DNA of 24,000 nt from Butyrivibrio sp. WCD3002 (GTDB taxonomy: Bacteria; Bacillota; Clostridia; Lachnospirales; Lachnospiraceae): contig NZ_AUJO01000002.1 in assembly GCF_000424265.1 (NCBI RefSeq), positions 21,289 to 45,288 of the forward strand, written 5' to 3'. The notes under the pieces were generated by a model, which was not told where the DNA came from, ran no database searches, and saw only the letters and a list, made by a program, of their open reading frames with translations. Each line of letters opens with the position of its first letter. Within the stretch, counting starts at the first letter, position 1. Both the position numbers and the translations under genes were made by a program. Positions 1 to 8,630 of this stretch are shown piece by piece.

Positions 1-758
1 AGGGAGCTGTAACCGGTGACATAGGAGCCCTCGCCAAAGGTAAATGAAAGATAGTAGGACACATCATCCGCCGCATTCCTTACGCCCTGTACAATCCGAA
101 CACCCGCATCAACGACAGGCGTCCAGTCAATAGGTTTATTCCCCATGGGAAGAGCCAGTACGATAATCCCTACAATCGCGAAATAGTAAAAAGGAAAAGC
201 ATCTTCTCTAAGGGCGTATATCAGCTTTTGTAGTGCCGACAAGGTCAGAACAGTAAGGCAAATAAAAAGCAGCTTATCCGTATAATACTTTCCGCTAAAA
301 GCTTTCCATTCAAAGAAAAGGCATAGCGCTGCAATATCCAACACAAAGCATCCCCACAAAAGCACAAGCTCTTTTTTCCGTATAAAAGCAAACAGAACTC
401 TTAGGACAGCTGCCACAACAACTGCAATATCAAGGTATGGCCACGCTTCGTTATCCTTTAAAAGCGCAAATAGCAAAAGCGCAGGAAGTATATGAAAAAC
501 TGAAGATATGCTACTAATTATAAAAAATCCAAATAGGTACTCAAGCGCCGAGAAGAACAGGAAAAAGGAAATTACAGACATGATAAAGAAGCCTCTTTCA
601 AGGTCTGTTTCATTACCCTTGAGAAGCAAAAAAACTTCTGTGCATATACTTACAAGAGAAAGCACAAACAGATGAAGCCTAAGCTCATCAGCAAATAACG
701 AAGTGACTTTCTCCGGGCTTTGGATCTTCTCTGATGACGATCCTTGTATCCTGGGCAT
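1..758 (-). CDS. Polytopic membrane protein, N-terminal part only (runs off the window at position 1); possibly the transglutaminase-domain partner typical of MoxR/DUF58 operons
   Basis: The minus-strand frame is open from the window edge up to 758. It is absent from the ORF track because no stop lies inside the window. The translation (...LHLFVLSLVSICTEVFLLLKGNETDLERGFFIMSVISFFLFFSALEYLFGFFIISSISSVFHILPALLLFALL...) is a series of hydrophobic helices. The start is unresolved: ATG at 758 (71-nt overlap with the DUF58 gene), GTG at 665, or ATG at 581 (preceded by GAAAGAGG). The product guess rests only on the common MoxR-DUF58-transglutaminase gene order; no catalytic domain is visible here. 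Confidence 0.45.
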   Translation of the reverse strand, partial: MPRIQGSSSEKIQSPEKVTSLFADELRLHLFVLSLVSICTEVFLLLKGNETDLERGFFIMSVISFFLFFSALEYLFGFFIISSISSVFHILPALLLFALLKDNEAWPYLDIAVVVAAVLRVLFAFIRKKELVLLWGCFVLDIAALCLFFEWKAFSGKYYTDKLLFICLTVLTLSALQKLIYALREDAFPFYYFAIVGIIVLALPMGNKPIDWTPVVDAGVRIVQGVRNAADDVSYYLSFTFGEGSYVTGYSS

Positions 759-1755
759 AATCGCTGCTCCTTTTATCCTCTGTCATATTCATGAGTTCTT
801 CAAATTCTCTGTCCGATCTGTAGAATATGCCATCCGCTACCTGTCCGTAAAAATCAAGAAAACTATCATAGGAATCAACTGTGGCTTCTATGATTGTTCC
901 TGAAGGATAGATCAGTCTAACGGGAACACCCTGCTCTCCAAAATGCCAGGCAGCCGATACCGCAAATTCAAGGAAGAAATCCCGCTTTTTCAAAAATTCA
1001 ATATCCTGTTCTCTCTCAGGAACATTTGCTGCCTGCATCAAAATGGTAACTCTTCGCTTTTCCATCCTGTCAGGGACTCTTGTCATGAGTGTTCCAAGTC
1101 TTGCAGAAACCTTCCAATTGATAGAATTAAGGGCATCACCCTTTTGGTAGGATCTGATATCGCTCCCGGGAGCGTCCTCATAGATTTTGTTACTTTTAAG
1201 CCCGGTGCTGTTTATGAGATTTTCAAGCTCTAAAGCTGAGCTTGCCACATCCGTTATCTGCGGACTCACAACTGCTCTGAAGTTATATGGAATGTCAAAC
1301 TCCGCCGTAAAAATATTGAAGGGGTCCGTAAAAGCCACGCGCTTTATCCCTACATCATAGGATCCCGCATACTTACAGCTTATGCCTGAATTCAGTTCTT
1401 TTTTCTCATGGATATCAAGAGACAGACTCTGACCGTTTTCTATCTCATACAGATTGCATCTGTCATCATAGATGAACATTTGCATATTATGAACCGGGAG
1501 AAATCCCGCATTTTCGATTGTTGCCCTGTAGTTATGGTCCTCACCCCTGGTGAGCTTATGAACTTCTATTTCCTGGAAAATTCGAAGAAAGCGGAAATTC
1601 AGAAAAATATATACCGCAGAAAAAGGCACAAGAAGCAGTACTGCATAAAGCCATGCAAAAGAAACCGGACCTCCGTAAAAGCTTGCAAATACAAGGCTCG
1701 CTGCAACGACGATAAGATGTATGATCATGCCTTTTTTATTTACAGAAATATTCAT
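688..1755 (-). CDS. DUF58 domain protein (MoxR-associated, two N-terminal TM helices)
   Basis: 355-aa ORF whose start overlaps the stop of the upstream MoxR gene. The N-terminus has two hydrophobic helices. The DUF58 signature is recognisable in IRSYQKGDALNSINWKVSARLGTLMTRV (R-x-Y-x-x-G-D ... W-K-x-S-A-R). Confidence 0.8.
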   Translation of the reverse strand: MNISVNKKGMIIHLIVVAASLVFASFYGGPVSFAWLYAVLLLVPFSAVYIFLNFRFLRIFQEIEVHKLTRGEDHNYRATIENAGFLPVHNMQMFIYDDRCNLYEIENGQSLSLDIHEKKELNSGISCKYAGSYDVGIKRVAFTDPFNIFTAEFDIPYNFRAVVSPQITDVASSALELENLINSTGLKSNKIYEDAPGSDIRSYQKGDALNSINWKVSARLGTLMTRVPDRMEKRRVTILMQAANVPEREQDIEFLKKRDFFLEFAVSAAWHFGEQGVPVRLIYPSGTIIEATVDSYDSFLDFYGQVADGIFYRSDREFEELMNMTEDKRSSDYAQDTRIVIREDPKPGESHFVIC

Positions 1756-2675
1756 GGCACCTTCACTTGCTCAAGAATCTTTTTCACCAGATCCTCCTTT
1801 GTTACTCGGCTAAGTCTTGCCTGGGCTGAGAGGATCAGTCTGTGGGGAATTGTAAGTAATGCTGCTTCCGTAATGTCCTCGGGAATACAATAATTTCTGT
1901 CGTTTATGTAGGCGATTGCCTGTGCACACCTTAGCATGGAAAGAAGAGCCCTCGGGGATGCGCCGTAGGAAATCTCCGCTTTGTTCCTGGTGGCATCAAC
2001 GATATTTACCGCATAAGCTCTTAAGTTTTCATGAATTGTGACAGAGGCAGTCTCCTTTTTCATGGCAATTATGTCATCACCTGAAAGGACAGGGCTTGTC
2101 TCATCATGAAGATCGCCATCCAGGAAACGTCTCGCCATATCCTCAGATGCAGAGGCATCGGGATAACCAACAGAGAGCTTCATCATAAATCTGTCCAGCT
2201 GTGACTCGGGAAGCGGATAGGTTCCCGCCATTTCCGCAGGGTTCTGGGTTCCTATCACCATGAAAGGCAGCGGCACCGGAATCTCTTTTCCGTCAATCGT
2301 AACCTTATATTCTTCCATCACTTCAAGCAGTGCCGACTGGGTCTTGGGTGATGTTCTGTTAAGCTCATCTGCAAGAACAATGTTGTTTACTACAGGGCCG
2401 GGAACAACCGTAAACTTGCCATCTGCGGGGCTATAAACTGAAAGTCCCGTAATGTCCGAGGGCGTGGTATCAGGTGTACACTGTATCCTGGAAAAAGAAA
2501 CAGATAGCGAATCGGCAAGCGCCTTTGCAAGAGATGTTTTACCGACTCCGGGTACATCCTCAAGCAAAAGATGTCCGTCAGCCAAAACAGTGATAATGAT
2601 CTTATCGATCACATCACCCTTGCCGACTATACGCTGCTCCATGCTATCTTTAAGTCTCTTTGCCTTCTCGTTCAT
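1752..2675 (-). CDS. MoxR-family AAA+ ATPase
   Basis: Walker A is GVPGVGKT, Walker B is VLADELNR, and the sensor region is GASPRALLSML; length is typical of MoxR. The track ORF begins at a TTG (2708). The ATG at 2675 (MNEKAKRL...) is the more likely start. Confidence 0.85.
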   Translation of the reverse strand: MNEKAKRLKDSMEQRIVGKGDVIDKIIITVLADGHLLLEDVPGVGKTSLAKALADSLSVSFSRIQCTPDTTPSDITGLSVYSPADGKFTVVPGPVVNNIVLADELNRTSPKTQSALLEVMEEYKVTIDGKEIPVPLPFMVIGTQNPAEMAGTYPLPESQLDRFMMKLSVGYPDASASEDMARRFLDGDLHDETSPVLSGDDIIAMKKETASVTIHENLRAYAVNIVDATRNKAEISYGASPRALLSMLRCAQAIAYINDRNYCIPEDITEAALLTIPHRLILSAQARLSRVTKEDLVKKILEQVKVP

Positions 2676-2740
2676 AAGTTCCCCATCCTTTTCCCAAAAA
2701 AGCTGCAATATTCTAATATGATGGAATTTCCGGCGAGTCT

Positions 2741-3646
2741 CTATCTGTAAACAGGCTTCTGATTCTTTAATTCCTCGTAGATAATTCTGTAGTTATCGTA
2801 TCTTACCCTTGAGATTTCTCCCTTTTCCAGGGCGGTCTTTACGCCGCAGTCAGGCTCAGCGATATGACTGCATCCGCCAAATCTGCAGAAGGGTTCATAG
2901 GGCTCAAATTCAGTGTAATACTGTGGAAGTTCCTCCGCAGTGATATCCTTTAATGCCAGCGATGTAAATCCCGGTGTATCGAGGATATAGGTCTTCTCCT
3001 TATCATCTGAAAGTGCTGATACGAAGAACATCTCGGAATGTCTTGTTGTATTTCTTCCTCTTGCAATCTTCCTGCTAAGCTCCCCGGTCTCCATTTCAGC
3101 CTCAGGGTGAAGCTTATTAAGGAGAGACGATTTTCCAACGCCGCTTGGTCCAGCAACAACGGAAGTTTTTCCTCTGAGCTTTTCGCATAGCACATCAAGC
3201 CCCGCGCCTTCGTGTACACTTATGAAAATAACTTCATATCCGCATTTTTCATAGGCATCCATCAGCTCCTGCTGTTCTTCCTTTGTGGCTATGTCCTGCT
3301 TGTTAAAACAGATGATAACCGGCAGATTGTTTCGCCTCATCTGAATAAGGAACTTATCAAGAACGTTATAATTGGGATCCGGCTTTACTATTGCAAACAG
3401 AACAACCGCCTGGTCGACATTTGCGACCGGCGGTCTTATAAGCATGTTGCGGCGAGGCAAAATCTCGGTGATATTGCCTGTGCCGCTCTCTTCATCAATT
3501 ATCTCGATATTTACATCATCCCCAACGAGAGGCTTAATGCCGTCTTTTCTGAAAATACCTTTTGCCTTGCATTCATAGACGCGCTCGCTTCCGGTATTCA
3601 CATAATAAAAGCCGGCTATTCCTTTTACAATTCTCCCCTGCATCAA
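2741..3646 (-). CDS. rsgA: Ribosome small-subunit-dependent GTPase A (circularly permuted GTPase)
   Basis: Permuted G-motif order: NKQD (CFNKQD), then the P-loop GPSGVGKSSLLN, then DTPG. A C-terminal zinc knuckle is present (CRFGGCSHIAEPDCGV). The gene sits directly downstream of prkC, as in the conserved Firmicutes cluster. Confidence 0.9.
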   Translation of the reverse strand: MMQGRIVKGIAGFYYVNTGSERVYECKAKGIFRKDGIKPLVGDDVNIEIIDEESGTGNITEILPRRNMLIRPPVANVDQAVVLFAIVKPDPNYNVLDKFLIQMRRNNLPVIICFNKQDIATKEEQQELMDAYEKCGYEVIFISVHEGAGLDVLCEKLRGKTSVVAGPSGVGKSSLLNKLHPEAEMETGELSRKIARGRNTTRHSEMFFVSALSDDKEKTYILDTPGFTSLALKDITAEELPQYYTEFEPYEPFCRFGGCSHIAEPDCGVKTALEKGEISRVRYDNYRIIYEELKNQKPVYR

Positions 3647-5667
3647 TTCTCCTGAGTAAATGTAACTGCTCTTGTTACTGTGTACTCCTGCGTTGTTCCT
3701 TCGATAATGTTACCTTCAGCATCGGATGTGGCGGGAGTAGACGCCAGATACTTAAATGTTATAACACCTGTAGGAGACGTAAGTCCTGTTCTGCTTACAC
3801 CTGCAATCGGGAAAGAAGCAGTCTCTGTGTCAAGAAGTGATGTACCGTCAGCTGTCACAAAAGAAACATGAACGCTGATGCCATCAGTATAATTCTGACC
3901 CTCAGTAGGAGCTGCTATATCTCCTGAAAAAGCATAGGTTGTAGGGCTTGAAGGTCCTTTGGATTTCTCCATATTGATCTTGGTGCCCTTTTCAAGCATC
4001 GTTCCAACAGGCTGGCTCTGTGCTGTTATGGTGTCAACAGGATACTGCTCATTATTTACATCAATGATTGTTCCCTGAACAAGTCCTGCTTCTGCAAGGG
4101 CTGCAATAGCCTCATCTACAGAAAGGCCAACAAGATTAGGCATTGCTACCTGGTTGGATTCAGGCTCTTCCTCAGAGGAAGCCTCTTCTGCAGAATCGCT
4201 TGTTTCTGTACTTGCACTTGCAGAGGTCTCAGCATTTTTCTCTCCGCCTGTACTAACTGTGATGGTAACAGTTGAACCGCTCTCAGCAAATTCGCCTGCT
4301 TCCGGTGACTGTGAAACAACAGTATTCTTGGAAGCTGAACTGGTCTCATCATCAATCTTGGCTACCTGGAAGCCTTTGCTGTTAAGAATAGATACAGCCT
4401 GTGCATAAGACATGTTACCGCTTACGACATCAGGAACCTCTATTCCGTTCATAACATCGTTCGGATTATATTCACCTTCAAAAATAGTTACATCCGAATA
4501 ATCATCTGATCCAAATAATCCAATTCCCTTACCAACAAGGAAAATAACAATTACTCCCACAAGAACAGCAGCTACTATAGCAAGTGCGATGGTGATCTTC
4601 TCCATGCGGTTACCATACGCACCTGAATGTCTGTCGTACTCGTCCTCATCATCATCATAGTCGCCATTGTCATAGCCACGTCCTGATGAACCGCGTCTCT
4701 TCTGCTGTTCATACTCACGCATCACATCAGCATTAAGACGCATCTGCTCTGTGTCAGACATTCCGCCTATGCTCTTCTGCTCTGCCTCTGTGGCAACTCT
4801 TGTGGCGCTCTCTTCATCGGGATCCACAAGATTTACAAAATCATCATCAGGTGTGATAAGTGATCTCTTAAGGTCAGTTATAAGCTCTGCAGCATTCTGA
4901 TATCTTCTGTCAGGACTCTTCTGACAGCACTTCATAACTATCTTCTCAACACTGATAGGAATATCTTCGTTAAACTCAACCGGTGTGGGAAGGTCCTCCT
5001 GAATATGCTTTATGGCAATTGCAACAGTTGTATCCCCATTAAAGGGAAGACGTCCTGTAAGCATTTCAAAGAGTGTGATACCGAGTGAATATATATCACT
5101 CTTTGCATCCGAATAACCGCCTCTTGCCTGCTCAGGTGATGTGTAGTGAACAGATCCCATTACATTGGAGGTAATTGTGTTACTGGTGGCAGCTTTGGCA
5201 ATACCAAAATCTGTAACCTTAACCTTTCCTTCCTTTGAAATGATAATGTTCTGAGGCTTAATATCACGATGAATTATGTGATTATTGTGGGCAGCCTCAA
5301 GACCCATCGCCACCTGAATGGCAATACTGACAGCTTCCTTAACCGTAAGTCTTGATTTTTTCTCTATATATCTCTTAAGGGTGATGCCGTCAACAAGCTC
5401 CATTACTATGTAATGAATGCCGTTCTCATCACCTACATCATAGACATTAACAATATTGGGATGCATAAGGCCTGCAGCAGCCTGGGCCTCAACACGGAAT
5501 TTGGAGACAAAATTGTCGTTCTCCGAAAACTCCTGCTTAAGAACCTTAACCGCAACCGGTCTGTTCAATTTGTGATCTTTTGCTCTATAAACGTCGGACA
5601 TACCACCGGTTCCTATTTTTTCAAGGATCTCGTAGCGATCTCCGATCATCATTCCTATTTTTATCAT
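3643..5667 (-). CDS. prkC: PASTA-domain Ser/Thr protein kinase
   Basis: Hanks kinase motifs are present: IGTGGMSDVY, VAVK, HRDIKPQN, DFG. A TM helix follows (ITIALAIVAAVLVGVIVIFLV). The extracellular part has PASTA-like repeats (e.g. VAMPNLVGLSVDEAIAALAEAGL...). The gene overlaps stp upstream and rsgA downstream. Confidence 0.9.
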   Translation of the reverse strand: MIKIGMMIGDRYEILEKIGTGGMSDVYRAKDHKLNRPVAVKVLKQEFSENDNFVSKFRVEAQAAAGLMHPNIVNVYDVGDENGIHYIVMELVDGITLKRYIEKKSRLTVKEAVSIAIQVAMGLEAAHNNHIIHRDIKPQNIIISKEGKVKVTDFGIAKAATSNTITSNVMGSVHYTSPEQARGGYSDAKSDIYSLGITLFEMLTGRLPFNGDTTVAIAIKHIQEDLPTPVEFNEDIPISVEKIVMKCCQKSPDRRYQNAAELITDLKRSLITPDDDFVNLVDPDEESATRVATEAEQKSIGGMSDTEQMRLNADVMREYEQQKRRGSSGRGYDNGDYDDDEDEYDRHSGAYGNRMEKITIALAIVAAVLVGVIVIFLVGKGIGLFGSDDYSDVTIFEGEYNPNDVMNGIEVPDVVSGNMSYAQAVSILNSKGFQVAKIDDETSSASKNTVVSQSPEAGEFAESGSTVTITVSTGGEKNAETSASASTETSDSAEEASSEEEPESNQVAMPNLVGLSVDEAIAALAEAGLVQGTIIDVNNEQYPVDTITAQSQPVGTMLEKGTKINMEKSKGPSSPTTYAFSGDIAAPTEGQNYTDGISVHVSFVTADGTSLLDTETASFPIAGVSRTGLTSPTGVITFKYLASTPATSDAEGNIIEGTTQEYTVTRAVTFTQEN

Positions 5668-6407
5668 TCAGCTCCTCCGTCAGCAAATGGTTCTATCAAG
5701 ATAACGGCAATGTTGTCTTTACCGCCATGCTGGTTAGCCATATCAACCAACTTCTGTGCCTTCTCTATTATGTCTCTCTGCCCACTGACTATCATGCGAA
5801 TTTCCTCGTCCTCGAGCATATTTGTAAGCCCATCAGAACACATGAGCACAATATCCCCCTTCTCGAGTTCGACATTAAAGAAATCCACATCGACGCTATC
5901 ATCCGCACCTATGGCACGGGTAATAATATTCTTCTCCGCATGAGATCTGGCCTCATCCGGGGCGAGTCCGCCGGCACGTACCATCTCCTGAACCAGTGAA
6001 TGATCCCTTGTTATCTGTCTGATATTCTCTCCGATAACATAGAGTCTGGAATCACCTACATTAGCGACCTGCAAATACCTACCCATAACAGTGGCTGCCA
6101 CAACTGTAGTCCCCATTCCGTAAAGATGCTCATCTTCCGCTGCTTTAATCCTAAGCTTCTGATTAGCCTTCTTGATCGCATTCTCCAAAATGCGCACGGG
6201 GTTCTGTTCAAGAGACCTTTCAATCTCTTCTACCATAGTATTTACCGTATATTTAGATGCGTAGTCCCCGGCGTTGTGTCCGCCCATACCATCCGCAACA
6301 ATAAATACGTTAGAGAGATTCCCAATTCGTCTCTCGGAGGTAAACACGTAGTCTTGATTAAGTTTTCGTTTCTGACCCACGTCAGTTATTGAAAATGTTT
6401 TTAGCAA
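5664..6407 (-). CDS. stp: PP2C-family Ser/Thr phosphatase (Stp/PrpC)
   Basis: PP2C motifs are present: TDVGQKRKLNQD, ADGMGGH, SDGLT, GGKDNI. The track ORF extends to 6467. However, a TTG at 6407 lies 5 nt downstream of GGAGG (6417-6413 on the minus strand) and gives MLKTFSITDVGQ..., a typical length of about 247 aa. Confidence 0.85.
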   Translation of the reverse strand: MLKTFSITDVGQKRKLNQDYVFTSERRIGNLSNVFIVADGMGGHNAGDYASKYTVNTMVEEIERSLEQNPVRILENAIKKANQKLRIKAAEDEHLYGMGTTVVAATVMGRYLQVANVGDSRLYVIGENIRQITRDHSLVQEMVRAGGLAPDEARSHAEKNIITRAIGADDSVDVDFFNVELEKGDIVLMCSDGLTNMLEDEEIRMIVSGQRDIIEKAQKLVDMANQHGGKDNIAVILIEPFADGGAE

Positions 6408-6483
6408 GGATGCCTCCGATAAATTTTTTATTGGCATATATATTAGTAAGATATCGTTAAAAATCAATCTATGCCAATTAAAA

Positions 6484-6512
6484 AATATACCACAAATGGC
6501 TCTGATTTACAA
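6484..6512 (-). promoter_or_regulatory. Candidate sigma-A promoter of the stp-prkC-rsgA operon
   Basis: The minus strand reads TTGTAA, a 17-nt spacer, then TATATT, with TG two nt upstream of the -10 (extended -10 like). It lies about 70 nt upstream of the proposed TTG start. Confidence 0.4.
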
Positions 6513-6587
6513 ATCTTGGCATAACTTTGCGAAAAAACGCTTTTTCTTTTTCAAATTATTAACAACGGTTTTATAAAGCCTTAATTA

Positions 6588-6616
6588 TTGAAGCTTATAA
6601 TTATGCTATGTATGAT
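6588..6616 (+). promoter_or_regulatory. Candidate sigma-A promoter for the 6647 gene
   Basis: TTGAAG (6588-6593), a 17-nt spacer, then TATGAT (6611-6616). It lies about 30 nt upstream of the GGAGG/ATG of the downstream CDS. Confidence 0.4.
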
Positions 6617-6646
6617 CACTTTTTATTAAAAAGCGGAGGATACCAC

Positions 6647-7948
6647 ATGAAAACAGGAAGAATAATACGTTCTATTTTTTCATTATCACTGACGTTTTTT
6701 CTACTGGCACCGGCTCTTAAGGTGAATGCAGCTTACAATGCACTAAGCTATGCTTCAAGATATTCAAACGATTTCCAAACTCTGCGTCCAGTCGGATATG
6801 ACGAAGATGTAACCATCCACACTGTAACAGTCGAGGGCGAGACCTCCACCACCTATGACACTGAGTATATAAACAGAACAAATCAGGAATCCTATCAGGA
6901 CTATCTGCAATATTCAATAGCACAATACGCCATTCCCGAAAAGCTGAGAATACCCGTAGGCGAATATACCGACTTATCACTGACTTTCATAAACGGGATA
7001 GCCGAGGTAAGTTCACCGGAATCCGGCAGCAGTGCAATCCTTAAAGTCAGAAACCTTCATACAAAGTCAGTATGCGATGAAAACAATAAGACCATGTTCA
7101 GCGGATATGACCTTGAAAAGGACGGCACCTACAATTACTACTATTTCAATGATGAATGCAAAAAGATATATGTGGGCTACTATGCAAATCTTCCCTCTGC
7201 TTCCGTTACATCAGTTAAATTCAGATTGTTCGCCAAAAAAGAAGGCAATACAACCATTAAATTTTCAACCTACAACGATGACGGAGAAACTGTAAAAACA
7301 TATAAGATAAACGTGACAGCTACTGATACAACTCCATTTAAAACAATAACCTTTGGAGGCAAAAATCTTTGGTACAACGGAGAGCCCGGAGCAGATAATA
7401 AGAATTATATTTATCAGGGCAAAAAGAGATTCTGCGAGAAGAGCAGCGGAAAGCTGGTCATCAAAATGAACAGCGGTTTCAAACTAAAAAAGATCGAGTA
7501 CGGAACACTCTACAATGAAGAAACCGGAGCACCTTGGGGATACGATGAAGCGGATTACAACATGTCCTCCACAGATGAAGACGGAACAACCACAACTGTC
7601 TCCTACTCAGGAATTTCACAGAGACACAAGGTGGATCTTAACAATGATGGTGATACCCTTGACATTGTAGACGGAGTAAGTGAGAGCAACGTCCTTTTCA
7701 GGATGAAAAGAATACGCAACAATAAAAAGCTTACGCTCAGTAAGATTTCACCACTTACCAATTACGAGAATGGCATCAAAGTAACGACCACAACTTACAA
7801 GAATGGTGCTCAATCCCAAAGCATTGAGACCTCCGCCAGCGGTAAGGAAAATCTGGCACCAACACTGCTTAAGATTACGTTCTATGATGCAACAGAAAAG
7901 CAAAACTACGAGTATGAGACTGTACTAAATAGGAGAATCAAGAAATGA
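6647..7948 (+). CDS. Secreted protein of unknown function (signal peptide)
   Basis: The ATG at 6647 is preceded by GGAGG with a 7-nt spacing. The N-terminus MKTGRIIRSIFSLSLTFFLLAPALKVNA-AY looks like a Sec signal peptide. The rest is Thr/Asn/Tyr-rich with no motif I recognise. Confidence 0.7.
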   Translation: MKTGRIIRSIFSLSLTFFLLAPALKVNAAYNALSYASRYSNDFQTLRPVGYDEDVTIHTVTVEGETSTTYDTEYINRTNQESYQDYLQYSIAQYAIPEKLRIPVGEYTDLSLTFINGIAEVSSPESGSSAILKVRNLHTKSVCDENNKTMFSGYDLEKDGTYNYYYFNDECKKIYVGYYANLPSASVTSVKFRLFAKKEGNTTIKFSTYNDDGETVKTYKINVTATDTTPFKTITFGGKNLWYNGEPGADNKNYIYQGKKRFCEKSSGKLVIKMNSGFKLKKIEYGTLYNEETGAPWGYDEADYNMSSTDEDGTTTTVSYSGISQRHKVDLNNDGDTLDIVDGVSESNVLFRMKRIRNNKKLTLSKISPLTNYENGIKVTTTTYKNGAQSQSIETSASGKENLAPTLLKITFYDATEKQNYEYETVLNRRIKK

Positions 7949-7962
7949 TGAGCATGGGATGA

Positions 7963-8034
7963 TAAACGGACGCGAGAGGGGGATTCGATCTCCGCTCAAA
8001 ATATTTGGTAAACGGACGCGAGAGGGGGATTCGA
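7963..8034. repeat. Tandem duplication of an att-like/tRNA-3'-end-like 26-mer (two perfect copies, 46-bp period)
   Basis: taaacggacgcgagagggggattcga occurs at 7963-7988 and again at 8009-8034. Only the second copy continues as ...acc to complete the 20-nt core shared with the tRNA. Confidence 0.85.
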
Positions 8035-8037
8035 ACC
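8018..8037. repeat. attL core (direct repeat of the tRNA-Met 3' segment)
   Basis: Identical over 20 nt to 15807-15826; identity stops on both sides. Confidence 0.75.
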
Positions 8038-8094
8038 ACTTCTCGCTACGCAAATACCAGTAAAATAGCGGATGTTCATGATGTCACAGCCCAA

Positions 8095-8116
8095 ATGTAT
8101 TCAAAATGTATTCAAA
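8095..8116. repeat. Tandem ATGTATTCAAA x2 (candidate integrase arm-type sites, left arm)
   Basis: Two perfect 11-mers lie at 8095-8105 and 8106-8116. The same 9-mer core, TGTATTCAA, occurs twice in the same orientation at 15710-15729 near the other end of the element. Confidence 0.5.
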
Positions 8117-8161
8117 AAATCTAAGTCAGCTATCTACCGCACAGCGGAAAGATGCTGACTT
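8113..8161 (-). terminator. Intrinsic terminator after the 8167-8391 gene (hairpin usable on both strands)
   Basis: The stem is aagtcagc (8123-8130) / gctgactt (8154-8161). T-runs follow it on both strands (tattttttac on plus, agattttttg on minus). It lies 6 nt beyond the stop codon at 8167-8169. Confidence 0.55.
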
Positions 8162-8166
8162 ATTTT

Positions 8167-8391
8167 TTACATATTCATCACTGCTTCTTTAAGCTCATCC
8201 TCTGTCTTCACAAAGCTGTAAGGCTCATATTCTCCATACGCAGCTGGTCTGCTTATTGTAACAAGCTGTATTCTTTCCAATCCAACTTTTGAAATCAATT
8301 CTTTTTTTAAAGCTACAAGTGCCGGACCATGCTTTGTTTTATAAGCAATACAGCCTCGCTTATTTATATCTTTAGCTACAAGATAACACAT
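8167..8391 (-). CDS. Small hypothetical protein (74 aa)
   Basis: ORF with an ATG at 8391 (MCYLVAKDINKRG...), 10 nt downstream of GAGGAG. The longer track ORF (to 8439) lacks an RBS. No motif recognised. Confidence 0.5.
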   Translation of the reverse strand: MCYLVAKDINKRGCIAYKTKHGPALVALKKELISKVGLERIQLVTISRPAAYGEYEPYSFVKTEDELKEAVMNM

Positions 8392-8552
8392 TCTTAAGCA
8401 TCTCCTCAAAATCCAATAGTTGTATTGTATCCATAACAAAATCCTTATTTAGTGTTAGCTTTAATATATCATAGTCAGGTTTTTTCGACAATCAAGCCAT
8501 GACAGCTCATTACAATTTGAAATGTGTCTGATAATCAAGTACTGTAGAAAAT

Positions 8553-8572
8553 GATTATGACATGTCATAATC
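8553..8572. promoter_or_regulatory. Perfect 20-bp palindrome GATTATGACATGTCATAATC (candidate operator, two TATGACA half-sites)
   Basis: Exact dyad symmetry. The same outer arms (GATTATGACA ... TGTCATAATC) frame the 4-half-site array at 8629-8669. It lies in the intergenic region upstream of the 8391 gene. Confidence 0.5.
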
Positions 8573-8630
8573 CAGAAACACTCTATAATTCTTTACTAGA
8601 TGATCATTAAAATCCGCTTGTGAAGCCGAT

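Noticed and set aside
703-6392. Numerous plus-strand track ORFs (703-903, 943-1233, 1408-1893, 2452-2721, 3212-3655, 3372-3578, 3562-3840, 3680-3871, 4154-4408, 5413-5943, 5580-5999, 6000-6392) and minus-strand internal ORFs (2950-3219, 4146-4355)
   Set aside because: All lie antisense to, or out of frame within, well-supported minus-strand genes with clear catalytic motifs. They lack RBSs and have low-complexity or odd composition, so they are shadow ORFs.
7963-8037. Regularly spaced 26-nt repeats considered as a mini CRISPR array
   Set aside because: There are only two copies. The repeat is tRNA T-arm/acceptor derived and identical to the att core, and no cas genes are present. An att duplication explains it better.
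8137-8147. Stem-ACA-stem hairpins sharing the GCACAGC motif (8137-8147, 11342-11360, 11366-11380) as a distinct repeat family
   Set aside because: A 7-mer is expected a few times by chance in 24 kb on two strands. I noted it inside the ncRNA finding but did not call it a separate feature.
8553-8572. Palindrome as a Fur/PerR/Zur-family box
   Set aside because: It has a superficial A/T-rich dyad resemblance only. The half-site TATGACA does not match the TGATAAT / TTATAAT / TCGTAAT 7-1-7 consensus half-sites.
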